64,000 nucleotides of DNA from Myxococcota bacterium (GTDB lineage: Bacteria > Myxococcota_A > UBA9042 > PHBI01 > JAWLBL01), in the NCBI GenBank assembly GCA_041687695.1, contig JAWLBL010000020.1, positions 64,001-128,000 of the forward strand. The letters are read 5' to 3'. Of the stretch, positions 28,471 to 37,327 are shown piece after piece; positions within the stretch are counted from its first letter, which is position 1; the number at the start of each line of letters is the position of its first letter. The position numbers were made by a program, and so were the translations under genes. Below the pieces are notes generated by a model. The model worked only from the letters and a program-made list of their open reading frames with translations, did not search any database and was not told the DNA's origin.

Positions 28471-30525
28471 ATGATGTCCCGCTCGCTCGTCGCCTGCCTC
28501 GCCCTCGGCACCCTCACGCTCCTCGTGGCGCCCCCGGCCGCCGCCCAATGCTCGGCTGGCACGCAGGTCGGCGCCTGCCCCGCCGGCATCGGCTACGAGG
28601 GCTGCTGCGACACGGCCAGCGTCGTGCGTTGGTGCGAGGGGGCCGCGCTGTGCGAGATCGACTGCTCGAGCAATGCCGGACTGCCTCCGAGTTGTTGCCA
28701 GCCCACGACGACCTACGCCGGCGCCGACGCGTGCGGCGATCCCGCGGTCGTCAACTGCGTCTGCAACGCAGATTCGTGGTGCTGTACCAATTACTGGGAC
28801 GAGCTGTGCGTCAGCCAGGCCGAGAGCTGCGGGGTCAACTGCGGGGCGTCGGCCATCTACTGCGGCTGGAAAGGCGCGGCCGGCTACTACGACTGCAACT
28901 CGACGCCGACCGCCGAACCGACCGGCACCCATCCGCAGATGTGCGGCGGCTGCGTCCCCGACTGCGCCGGCAAGACCTGCGGCGACGACGGCTGCGGCGG
29001 GACCTGCGGCACGTGCGGCGGCGGGGCGACCTGCGTCGGCGGGACCTGCCAGTCTTCGTGTGTGCCGTTCTGCAGCGGCAAGCAGTGCGGCCCCGACGGG
29101 TGCGGCGGGACCTGCGGCACGTGCCCCACGGGCCACTCGTGCTCGAGCGGCGGGATGTGCGTCTGCTCGCCCACCTGCTTCGGCAAGCAGTGTGGTGACG
29201 ACGGCTGCGGCGGCAGCTGCGGCACCTGCCTCAGCGGCCAGAGCTGTCAGTCCGGCGTGTGCCAGGACGGCACCTGCACGCCGTCGTGCTCCGGCAAGGC
29301 TTGCGGTTCGGACGGCTGCGGCGGGCTGTGCGGCACGTGCGGCGCGGGCCAGACCTGCAATGCCAGCGGGCAGTGCGTGTCGACCTGCACGCCCCAATGC
29401 GGCGGCAAGACCTGCGGGGCCGACGGCTGCGGCGGGCAGTGCGGGTTCTGCGGCACGGGGCAGACCTGCAACGCCAGCGGGCAGTGCGTGTCCTCCTGCA
29501 CCCCCAGCTGCGCCGGCAAGACCTGCGGCGACGACGGCTGCGGAGGGACCTGTGGCTCGTGCTTCGGCGGTCAGACCTGCAACGCCAGCGGGCAGTGCGT
29601 GTCGACCTGCGCGCCCAACTGCGCCGGCAAGGTCTGCGGCCCGGACGGGTGCGGCGGGACGTGCGGCAGCTGCCCGGGCGGCCAGGTGTGCAACGTGTCG
29701 GGCCAGTGCACCAGCAGCTGCGCGCCCTCCTGCGCGGGCAAGGTCTGCGGCGACGACGGGTGCGGGGGCAGCTGCGGCGCCTGCGGCGCGGGCGAGACCT
29801 GCGTGTCGGGCGCGTGCCAGACCAGCGGCAGCTGCACGCCGGACTGCGCGGGCAAGTCCTGCGGGACGGACGGCTGCGGCGGTGTCTGTGGAACCTGCCA
29901 GGCGGGGTGGGTCTGCCAGAGCGGGCAGTGCAAGAACACCTGCGTGCCCCAGTGCACCGGCAAGCAGTGCGGCGACGACGGCTGCGGGGGCAGCTGCGGC
30001 GAGTGCGGCGAGGGGCAGTTCTGCACCATCACCGGCGCCTGCGCCGAGGGCTGCCTGCCCGACTGCGCCGGCCGGGAGTGCGGTGACGACGGGTGCGGCG
30101 GGGCCTGCGGCGAGTGCGTCGAGCAGGAGATCTGCAACGCCTCGGGGCTGTGCCAGGAGCCGGGCGCCGTCTGCTCGTGTGACGGGCGGGTCTGCGGCGA
30201 CGACGGCTGCGGCGAGAGCTGCGGCGAGTGCTCCGGGAACTTCTTCTGCGACGAGACCAGCGGGCAGTGCCTGGCGAAGAGCGGCGGGGGGCCCGGCACC
30301 CCGGGCGAGTGCCCGGCGGGGCAGATGTGGAGCTCCTACGCCCAGAAGTGCGTCATCGACGACGGCTCGGTGGGCATCGGCTCGGGCAACGACGGCACCA
30401 CGTCGGACGGGTGCCAGGCGGGTGGACCGGGCGGCTTCGGCCTGCAGCTGCTCGCGGCCCTGGGGGCGCTCGGGCTGCTGGTGACGCGCCGACGGCGGCG
30501 GGACCTCCAGGCGTCGGTCCGATAG
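28471..30525 (+). CDS. Secreted Cys-rich repeat protein with MYXO-CTERM-like sorting signal
   Basis: Signal peptide (AAAQ); 12 Cys-rich repeats; C-terminal GCQAGG + hydrophobic helix + RRRRR. Confidence 0.85.
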   Translation: MMSRSLVACLALGTLTLLVAPPAAAQCSAGTQVGACPAGIGYEGCCDTASVVRWCEGAALCEIDCSSNAGLPPSCCQPTTTYAGADACGDPAVVNCVCNADSWCCTNYWDELCVSQAESCGVNCGASAIYCGWKGAAGYYDCNSTPTAEPTGTHPQMCGGCVPDCAGKTCGDDGCGGTCGTCGGGATCVGGTCQSSCVPFCSGKQCGPDGCGGTCGTCPTGHSCSSGGMCVCSPTCFGKQCGDDGCGGSCGTCLSGQSCQSGVCQDGTCTPSCSGKACGSDGCGGLCGTCGAGQTCNASGQCVSTCTPQCGGKTCGADGCGGQCGFCGTGQTCNASGQCVSSCTPSCAGKTCGDDGCGGTCGSCFGGQTCNASGQCVSTCAPNCAGKVCGPDGCGGTCGSCPGGQVCNVSGQCTSSCAPSCAGKVCGDDGCGGSCGACGAGETCVSGACQTSGSCTPDCAGKSCGTDGCGGVCGTCQAGWVCQSGQCKNTCVPQCTGKQCGDDGCGGSCGECGEGQFCTITGACAEGCLPDCAGRECGDDGCGGACGECVEQEICNASGLCQEPGAVCSCDGRVCGDDGCGESCGECSGNFFCDETSGQCLAKSGGGPGTPGECPAGQMWSSYAQKCVIDDGSVGIGSGNDGTTSDGCQAGGPGGFGLQLLAALGALGLLVTRRRRRDLQASVR
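28951..30270 (+). repeat. 12 in-frame tandem repeats of ~36 aa (CxPxCxGKxCGxDGCGGxCGxC...C...C)
   Basis: Counted from the translation; ~110-bp period in the DNA. Confidence 0.95.
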
Positions 30526-30532
30526 AGGCGGG

Positions 30533-31315
30533 TCAGGCGCTCAGCACGTAGAAGTCGTAAGCGGCGTGGGTCCACGCCGCGACGGCGAACCCGCGGGCCA
30601 GAAAGAGGGCCGCGAACACGCCCCCCGCCAGGGTGCGGTAGGTGAAGGCGAAGGCCTCGAAGGGCTCGCCGGCCAGGTGGTGCGCGCCCGCGAAGAGGGC
30701 GCTCGACGCGGCGACGGCCACCAGGGCGGCCAGTGTCGGAGGCATCCCCAGAAGGCGACGGGCGGCCACGAGCAGCAGCGGTACCATGGCCAGGCGGAAG
30801 ACCAGCTCCTCGTGAAAGCCGGCCCCGGCCGAGATGACGACCCGGTCGACCCACTCCGACGGCACCAGCAGGGGGCCGAGGAGCTTGGCCTCCTCCATGA
30901 GGACGAGGATGACCGAGCCCATGAGCAGCCCATAGACCGTGGCCTCGAGGGCGACCGGCAGGGTCAGCAGCGCGTGGCGAGGCAGCGTCGCCCGCAGGCG
31001 CAGCGCGGCGACGACGACGGTCAGGGCGGCGACGCCCGCGATGGCCCATGCGTAGCCCTGCTCGCCGAACAGGGCCCGCAGGCCGCCGCTGACGAGATCG
31101 ACGCCGTTGAGGGCGTCCTCGGAGGCCATGAGCTGTCCCAGGCCGTAGGCGAGGAATAGGGGCAGCGAGCACAGGGCGGCCGTCGCCCCCGAGCGAGAGG
31201 CCGCGTGGTACCAGGTCACCCGACGCCACCAGAGGGGAGGCGTCGACGCGGCCTCGCGGCGGGCGGGCGCGCGTGGGGCGGCGCGGGGGGCGGAGGCGGG
31301 GGCGCGTCGCGTCAT
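30533..31315 (-). CDS. CPBP (Abi / type II CAAX) intramembrane glutamic protease
   Basis: HEELVFR, LFAGAHH, THAAYD; multiple TM segments. Confidence 0.88.
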   Translation of the reverse strand: MTRRAPASAPRAAPRAPARREAASTPPLWWRRVTWYHAASRSGATAALCSLPLFLAYGLGQLMASEDALNGVDLVSGGLRALFGEQGYAWAIAGVAALTVVVAALRLRATLPRHALLTLPVALEATVYGLLMGSVILVLMEEAKLLGPLLVPSEWVDRVVISAGAGFHEELVFRLAMVPLLLVAARRLLGMPPTLAALVAVAASSALFAGAHHLAGEPFEAFAFTYRTLAGGVFAALFLARGFAVAAWTHAAYDFYVLSA

Positions 31316-31429
31316 GGGCCCCCCAGTCTGGGCGGCGCTCGCGAGGGCGCAAGAAAAGCGGGCGCGGGGGCGGTCCAGCACGTCGCGTCGGCGTCGGCGC
31401 CCGTCGGCTCCGCGCGCGCGACCATCGCA

Positions 31430-31458
31430 TTGACAGCCCGACGGTGATTCGCTAGCTT
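31430..31458 (+). promoter_or_regulatory. sigma70-type promoter of rpsU
   Basis: TTGACA-N17-TAGCTT. Confidence 0.75.
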
Positions 31459-31593
31459 GCGCGCCACTCTGACGCCGGACGCCTCACTGGTCGGCCGCCC
31501 ACGACGGCCGCGTCGGACGTTTCGGCCGCAACACCATCCTTTTGACCGGGCCCGCTTCGGTCTCGAGCCATGCCAGCGAGAAGGTGATCGTTC

Positions 31594-31827
31594 ATGTCCA
31601 GCCGCGATAGTGACCTCCGTCCGCTCGAGGTCAGGGTTGAGGGCGACAACATCAACCGCGCCATCAACCAGCTCAAGCGCAAGATGGCCAACGAGGGCAT
31701 CTACAAGGAGCTCAAGAAGCGCCGCTTCTATGAGAAGCCCTCGGAGCGCCGCAAGCGCAAGGAGCGCGAGGCCGAGCGCCGGCTGCGCAAGGCGATGCGT
31801 CGCCAGGCGCAGGCCAAGGGCCGCTGA
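31594..31827 (+). CDS. rpsU: 30S ribosomal protein S21
   Basis: NINRAINQLKRK...EGI..ELKKRRFYEKPSERRKRK. Confidence 0.95.
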   Translation: MSSRDSDLRPLEVRVEGDNINRAINQLKRKMANEGIYKELKKRRFYEKPSERRKRKEREAERRLRKAMRRQAQAKGR

Positions 31828-32076
31828 ACGAAGACCGCGGCCGGGTCCGACCAGGCGCCCGCGCGCTCGTCTCGCGGGCAGCCGCCGTCGCGTGCGTCAC
31901 GCGGGCCGAGCGCTCGTGCGCGTATTGCGCGGGCGCACCCTGAAGTCATCGACGCCCGGCTCGGCTGACGCGCTGGCCGCGCGGCGGATCACCCTGCGTG
32001 CGCGGCGGGCCTGAAGGCGTCCGTCAGCGTTCAGCGCCGTGGGTGGCCTCGCGCCCTTCGTGCCTGCAGGGGCCGC

Positions 32077-32988
32077 TCAGGCCCGGACGGCCGTCCGCTC
32101 GTCCTGGGCCATCAGCGCCGGCAGCGAGCGCGAGACGAAGCCCTTGCCGGGGCGATCCAGCACGCGCGCCTCGACGTGGGCCAAGCGCCCCTCGTCGAAC
32201 TCGTAGACGTTGTACCGCGCGATGTGGTCGGGGTGCTCGGCCTCCCACGTCGAGCTGCCGCACCCGACGACGTGCATCGTCCGGTACACGAAGTGGTGCG
32301 CCACGTGGGTGTGGCCGTGCAAGAGCATCCGCACGCCGGCGCGCTGGCAGGCGTCGAGTACGGCCGCGCGGTTGACCAGGCCGTGCATGCGGTCCTTGCG
32401 CCAGCCCCGCGGGTGCAGGTTGTGGTGCACCAGCGCCACCGTGAAGCCGTCCTGGAACCCGTCGGGGCCCGCCAGGGCGCTGAGGCGCTCGAGCTGGTCC
32501 GACCCGACGTGCCCATAGGCCAAAAAGGGCAGCCGGGGCAGCGCCGACGACAGGCCGACGACGCGAAGTGGGCCGACGCGCTTGACGATGGGGTACTCGA
32601 GCGGGCCGTCGCCGTCGCCGGCGCGGCGCAGCAGGTGCGCGAAGTACTTCTCGAAGCGCAGCGTGCGCCGGGCCCCGCGGGTGTAGACGTCGTGGTTGCC
32701 CGGGACCAGCGTCAGCTTGGCGAAGTCGGCGATGGGGGCCAGCAGCTCCTGGGCGCGCTGGAACTCGCTGTCGAGCGACAGGTTGGTGAGGTCGCCGGTC
32801 ACGACCACGTGGTCGATGCCCTGGGCCTGGATGTCGGCGACGACGTCCTCGAGGATGTCCGTCGAGTGGGCGTGGCGGCGGAAGCTGACCAGGTTGCCCA
32901 GACCCGTGACGCGCTTGTTCAGGAACTGCTGGATCCGGACACCGGTCAGGTCCAGGACGTGGAGATCCGACAGGTGGGCCAGCTTCAT
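32077..32988 (-). CDS. Calcineurin-like metallophosphoesterase (Icc/CpdA-like)
   Basis: SDLH, TGDLT, PGNHD, HH, HGHTH. Confidence 0.9.
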   Translation of the reverse strand: MKLAHLSDLHVLDLTGVRIQQFLNKRVTGLGNLVSFRRHAHSTDILEDVVADIQAQGIDHVVVTGDLTNLSLDSEFQRAQELLAPIADFAKLTLVPGNHDVYTRGARRTLRFEKYFAHLLRRAGDGDGPLEYPIVKRVGPLRVVGLSSALPRLPFLAYGHVGSDQLERLSALAGPDGFQDGFTVALVHHNLHPRGWRKDRMHGLVNRAAVLDACQRAGVRMLLHGHTHVAHHFVYRTMHVVGCGSSTWEAEHPDHIARYNVYEFDEGRLAHVEARVLDRPGKGFVSRSLPALMAQDERTAVRA

Positions 32989-33043
32989 GGCGTCCTCGGG
33001 AGTGGGGCAGGGGGGCGTTGGGCGGAGTGGCCGCGCGGGCCTT

Positions 33044-34225
33044 TCAGCGGCCGAGGGCCGCGGCCTCGCCGTCGGGGGCGGACAGGGAGTCCTCGGTCTC
33101 GTGGGTGGCGGCGAGCACACGGCTGAACGAGACCTGCCCGGTGGCCACGTACCACAGGCCGAAGGCGGTCTGCTGGACGAGCTGGAAGAACCAGACGGTC
33201 AGGCCGAAGGCGATGGCTTGGGTGCTGCCGGTGGAGATGCCGTAGAGCCCGAGGGGGACGAGCAGGAAGTACCAGAAGCTGCCGACGTTGCCGGGCGAGT
33301 TGGGGATCATCATGCCGACGACCACGCAGGCCATCATGGCGTAGGCCCCCAGGAGGTCGACAGGCAGGTAGAAGGCCAAGGCCATGAAGTAGACGCCGAG
33401 GCCGTTGATGCCCCAGTAGAGCGCCGTCAACGCCGTGAAGGCGACGAAGGCGCGGGCGCTGGGCAGGGCGCGCAGACCGCGCAGGAAGGCGTCGAGGAGG
33501 TCGTTGATCTTGCTGGCGATGCGCGGCGACAGGCGGCCGGCGGTCGCGCGGATGAGGCGCGTCGTGAGCTGGCGCTGCCAGACCGCCCCGGCGAGGACCA
33601 GGGAGGCGCCCAGGAAGACGGCGAGCGCGGCGAAGCCGCCCAGGCGCAGGTTGTTCTGAGCGGAGAGGTCTTCGGCGGGGAGCCACGGGAGGACCAGGAA
33701 GAGCAGGAGCGAGACCATCAGGCCGTCCATCACGCGCTCGACGACCACGGTGGCGAGGACCTCGCTCATCCGCGTGCGTCCGGGGGCCTCGCGCTTGACC
33801 AGGTAGGGGCGCACCAGCTCGCCCAGGCGGAGCGGGAACAGGAACATGGCCATGAACCCGACCGCGCCGATGCGGTTGTGGGTCTTGAGGTCCAGCTCGA
33901 CGATGGGGTCGAGCAGCGGCTTCCAGCGGATGACCCGCAGGACGTGCACCAGGGTGAGGACCAGCAGGTAGGGGAGCACCCAGGTCAGGTCCAGCAGCCA
34001 GCCGTCGCCCGAGGCGGCGACCGTGGCGGAGGGCGGCGTCGCGCTGAGCACGGCCGGCGCCGCGCTGGACGTCGTGGGGAGGTGGGCGTCGCCGACGAGC
34101 AGGTGCCCGGCCTCGACGTGCAGGGCCCCGGAGAGCTTGTCCATCGGCCAGTCGCGGGCGCTCAGCCAGACGAAGAAGGCGCCGATCGCCAGACCGAGCA
34201 GTGTTCTCGAGAGGAAGCGTCGCAA
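33044..34225 (-). CDS. Lysylphosphatidylglycerol synthase TM / flippase-like (YbhN/UPF0104) membrane protein
   Basis: RW, PLRLGELVR, TVVVERVMD, PNSPGNVG; start uncertain (TTG 34225 or ATG 34291). Confidence 0.85.
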   Translation of the reverse strand: MRRFLSRTLLGLAIGAFFVWLSARDWPMDKLSGALHVEAGHLLVGDAHLPTTSSAAPAVLSATPPSATVAASGDGWLLDLTWVLPYLLVLTLVHVLRVIRWKPLLDPIVELDLKTHNRIGAVGFMAMFLFPLRLGELVRPYLVKREAPGRTRMSEVLATVVVERVMDGLMVSLLLFLVLPWLPAEDLSAQNNLRLGGFAALAVFLGASLVLAGAVWQRQLTTRLIRATAGRLSPRIASKINDLLDAFLRGLRALPSARAFVAFTALTALYWGINGLGVYFMALAFYLPVDLLGAYAMMACVVVGMMIPNSPGNVGSFWYFLLVPLGLYGISTGSTQAIAFGLTVWFFQLVQQTAFGLWYVATGQVSFSRVLAATHETEDSLSAPDGEAAALGR

Positions 34226-34379
34226 GGCATCTCCGCGAGGGCGGTCGCAGCCGCCGGGGCCGCTGCGGGTTGGCAACCCTAATGGCGCCATCGCCGTGGA
34301 GTCAAGGCACGGCCAGGGGCCTCACGGGCCCGCTCCAGCTGCGGCGCGGGGTGGGGGCGCCCGGGCCAACAACCCCGAC

Positions 34380-35966
34380 TCAGGCCCCCTTCATCCGGTC
34401 CTTGAGGCGCGTCAGGGCGTCGTTCAGCTCCAGGCGCGTGAAGGCCTCGGGATCCTGACCCTGCATCCGGTCGAGCATGGCCGCCATCTCGGGGTTCATG
34501 TAGCGCGCGGCCGCTTCCCGATCCGCGGCGGCCAGCGGGTTGCGCCCGGCGAAGCGGTCGCGGAGGTCCCGAAGCTCGCGGTCCTGCTGCTCGAGCCGCC
34601 CGACGATGCGCGACAGGCCGTCCACACGCGCCTGCGCCTGCCGCGCCAGCTCGGCGTCCCCGGCCCGACGCGCCAGCTGCAGCCTGTGCCCCCAGGTGTC
34701 CAGCCCCGTGCGCGCGCGCCCCAGCTGACGTTCGATGTCCTTGTGCTGCAGGATGATCTCGCTCAGGTACGCCCGCCGCAGCTCGAGCGGCATGGCCCCC
34801 GTGGGCGTCGAAGCTTGCGCCGCCGCTCCGCCGATGTCCTCGAGCTCCGCGTCGCCCGCCTCCTCGACCGGCGCCGCCGGCGCCTCGCCCGGCTTGGGCC
34901 GCCCCGCCGCCACCGCGTCGAGCACCGCGCGCGCCGCCGACGCCGTCCCCTCGGACGCCAGCGCCTCCAAAGCCTTGTCGGCCTCGGCGCGGTCGGGCCC
35001 CCCGGGCAGCAGCGCCTCGACGCGCACCGACAGCAGGATGGGGTTGTCGACGTGGACCGCCGCCCCGTGCTGCACCAGGAAGGCATCGCCGCCCGAAAGG
35101 GTGCGGTCGGTGGAGAACAGGACCTGCGGCACCCGCGCATGCACCGCGGCGGCCGCCTCGGTCGGGCTGGGGCGTCCGACCAGCAGCGCGGCCCCGCGCA
35201 CCCACGGCTCGAGGTCGGCGCCGGCCTTGGGGCGCTTGCCCGCCAGGCCGTAGTTCGCCGCGCGCGTCCGGACCAGCTCGTCGATCCCCGGCCGCCCCGA
35301 CGGCAAGAACAGCAGCGTCAGCTTCTCCGGGTGCGCCAGCGACAGCTGGAACAGCAGCGGGTCGACCTCGCCCGAGCCCACCCGGGCGAAGCTGATGACC
35401 ACGTGCGGCTGCTCGTCCAGCGTCCGCGCTTCGACCTCGGCGCCGCCCACCACGGGACCGCCCACCCGCGCGCGGATCCGGCCATCGCGCAGCGCCGAGA
35501 GCTCGCGGGCGGCGGCCGGATGGGCCAGCACGAAGTCGTCACACGTGACCTGGCTCCACTCGGGATCCACATGGTAGTCGCCGTCGACCGCCACGCGGAC
35601 CGCGTCCGGCCAGACCTGGGCGGCCGCCGGGAAGGCCAGCTGCGCCACGGCCGGGTCCAGCGCGACGACCCCGTCGACCGCGCCCTCGATGGACCGCAGG
35701 TGCGACACCAGCCACCCGTCGGGCCCCTGCCCCGCGCGGTCCTCGCGCAGCGAGCTCAAGACCGACCCCGCCAGGGCCGTGAGGCCGGCCTTCAGGTCCG
35801 AGAGCTTCGGCGGCGCCTCCGCGCGCTCGGGCGGAGGCTTGCGCGGCACGGGCACCGGGACGACCTCGGCGCCGGCGCGGCGCAGCGCGTCCACCAGTCG
35901 GGCGAAGGGCAGCGGGAGCGGGGCTCCGGCCGCGGTCAGGGCGGCGATCCGGGGTGTGCTGGTCAT
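34380..35966 (-). CDS. Degenerate GT-B (MGDG synthase-like) domain fused to a PspA-like C-terminal coiled coil
   Basis: DGDYHVDPEW, GGPV, ALLVGRP...EAAAA..VP; C-terminal WGHRLQLARRAGDAELARQA and LELNDALTRLKDRM. Confidence 0.55.
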   Translation of the reverse strand: MTSTPRIAALTAAGAPLPLPFARLVDALRRAGAEVVPVPVPRKPPPERAEAPPKLSDLKAGLTALAGSVLSSLREDRAGQGPDGWLVSHLRSIEGAVDGVVALDPAVAQLAFPAAAQVWPDAVRVAVDGDYHVDPEWSQVTCDDFVLAHPAAARELSALRDGRIRARVGGPVVGGAEVEARTLDEQPHVVISFARVGSGEVDPLLFQLSLAHPEKLTLLFLPSGRPGIDELVRTRAANYGLAGKRPKAGADLEPWVRGAALLVGRPSPTEAAAAVHARVPQVLFSTDRTLSGGDAFLVQHGAAVHVDNPILLSVRVEALLPGGPDRAEADKALEALASEGTASAARAVLDAVAAGRPKPGEAPAAPVEEAGDAELEDIGGAAAQASTPTGAMPLELRRAYLSEIILQHKDIERQLGRARTGLDTWGHRLQLARRAGDAELARQAQARVDGLSRIVGRLEQQDRELRDLRDRFAGRNPLAAADREAAARYMNPEMAAMLDRMQGQDPEAFTRLELNDALTRLKDRMKGA

Positions 35967-36019
35967 GCGGCGGAGTCTAAGCCAGCGGTCCTTGGCGGTC
36001 CACCGCGAGCGCCAGCGCG

Positions 36020-37327
36020 TCAGCCCTCACGCGCGCGGGCGAGGCGCGCCTCGAGCCGGGCGATGCGCTGGCCCAGGGCGCTGGTGGGCAGCGCCTCGTG
36101 TGCCCGGCGCGCGACGGCGAGCGCGGCCTCGAGCTCGCGAGCCCGCTCGAGCACCATGGCCAGGCGCGTCAGCCCCTGGAGATCGCGTGGGCTGGCCTCG
36201 ACCAGCCGCTCGAGGGCCTCGCGCTCACCCGCCGCGTCTCCGAGCCGCCGCCGCGCCTCGGCCAGGGCGGCCAGCACCGGCGCCAACGCGGCGTCGACGG
36301 CTGAACGGGCCAGCGGCTCGAGCACCCGCGCCGCGCCCTCGGCGTCCTTGCGCCGCAGCAGCAGCCGCGCCAGGTTCACGGCCGCCGCCGCGTCCCTCTC
36401 GGCGGCCTCGCCCGTCCCCAGGTCGCTGTCGTGCGCCACCCGGTCCGCCAGCGTCACCATCGACAGCACGTCGTACAGGTTGTGCTCGACCACGGCGGCC
36501 AGCGGCTCGGGGTTGCCCGAGCGTAGCCAGTGGTACCAGCAGGTCGGCACGAGGCTCCCCGGGATGTCGTCGACCCGCTCGAACCCCAGCGCGCGCCGCT
36601 CGAGCGTCCCGAGCCGCGTGTCCTCCCACAGCCCCTTGTAGAGGTTGCGGCTGACGTGCAGCAGATCCAGGTGCGGCCTCAGCTTGAGATCGCACTCGCG
36701 CGACGTGTAGAACCGGTTGAGCACCAGCCGGCTCTGCAGGACCGTCAGGTCGTAGCTCTTGCCGTTGAAGCTGACCAGGAACGGATGACGCTCCAGCGCC
36801 TCGACCAGCAAGTGCAACTGCGCCTGCTCGTCGTTGGGCTCCCGCAGCAGCAGCTGCTCCACGACGACGTCGTCGCCGTCCAGGTAGCCGAGGCCGATGA
36901 GGAAGGCCAGGGTGCCCGCCCCGTGGTCCAGGCCCGAGGCTTCGATGTCCAGGAACAGCGCCTTCGACGGGTCGAACCCCTCCAGGCGGGCATCGCCCAC
37001 CAGCCCAGCCAGATGGTCGCAGGTCCGCTCGAACAGCGCCCCGAGGCGGCGCTCTCCGTGCCAGGACACCGCGCTGTGAGGACGCCGCACGACCCACGCG
37101 TCGCCGTGCGGCGTCGTCCGCGCCTGCCCGCCGACCGTCTCCTCGAGCGCTGGCAGGTCCCGGTTCGCTTCCGCCCAGCGGCTCATCCGCGCCTGCAGCC
37201 GCGCGTGGCGCGCCAGACCGTCCAGATCCAGCCCCGGCGCGGGCGGCTCGGGCGTCGGGGCCGCGGCCGACGACGCATCGCCCGCCTCGCCCAGCGTCCG
37301 CCGCAGCCGGGCGCCCAGCCCCTTCAC
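36020..37327 (-). CDS. mrfB: YprB/MrfB-like RNase H-fold exonuclease with C-terminal TPR
   Basis: LFLDIEASGL, AFLIGLG, VSFNGKSYD, HLDLLH, L.TLE...LG..R.DDIPG, HNLYDVLS; GTGA overlap with the helicase stop. Confidence 0.88.
   Translation of the reverse strand: MKGLGARLRRTLGEAGDASSAAAPTPEPPAPGLDLDGLARHARLQARMSRWAEANRDLPALEETVGGQARTTPHGDAWVVRRPHSAVSWHGERRLGALFERTCDHLAGLVGDARLEGFDPSKALFLDIEASGLDHGAGTLAFLIGLGYLDGDDVVVEQLLLREPNDEQAQLHLLVEALERHPFLVSFNGKSYDLTVLQSRLVLNRFYTSRECDLKLRPHLDLLHVSRNLYKGLWEDTRLGTLERRALGFERVDDIPGSLVPTCWYHWLRSGNPEPLAAVVEHNLYDVLSMVTLADRVAHDSDLGTGEAAERDAAAAVNLARLLLRRKDAEGAARVLEPLARSAVDAALAPVLAALAEARRRLGDAAGEREALERLVEASPRDLQGLTRLAMVLERARELEAALAVARRAHEALPTSALGQRIARLEARLARAREG

Noticed and set aside
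28951..30270. Multi-heme or Fe-S protein suggested by many CxxC motifs
   Set aside because: No CxxCH motifs; secreted, with eight Cys per repeat, consistent with disulfides
31459..31593. Riboswitch or ncRNA in the rpsU leader
   Set aside because: About 130-nt leader, but no motif or convincing structure recognisable by eye
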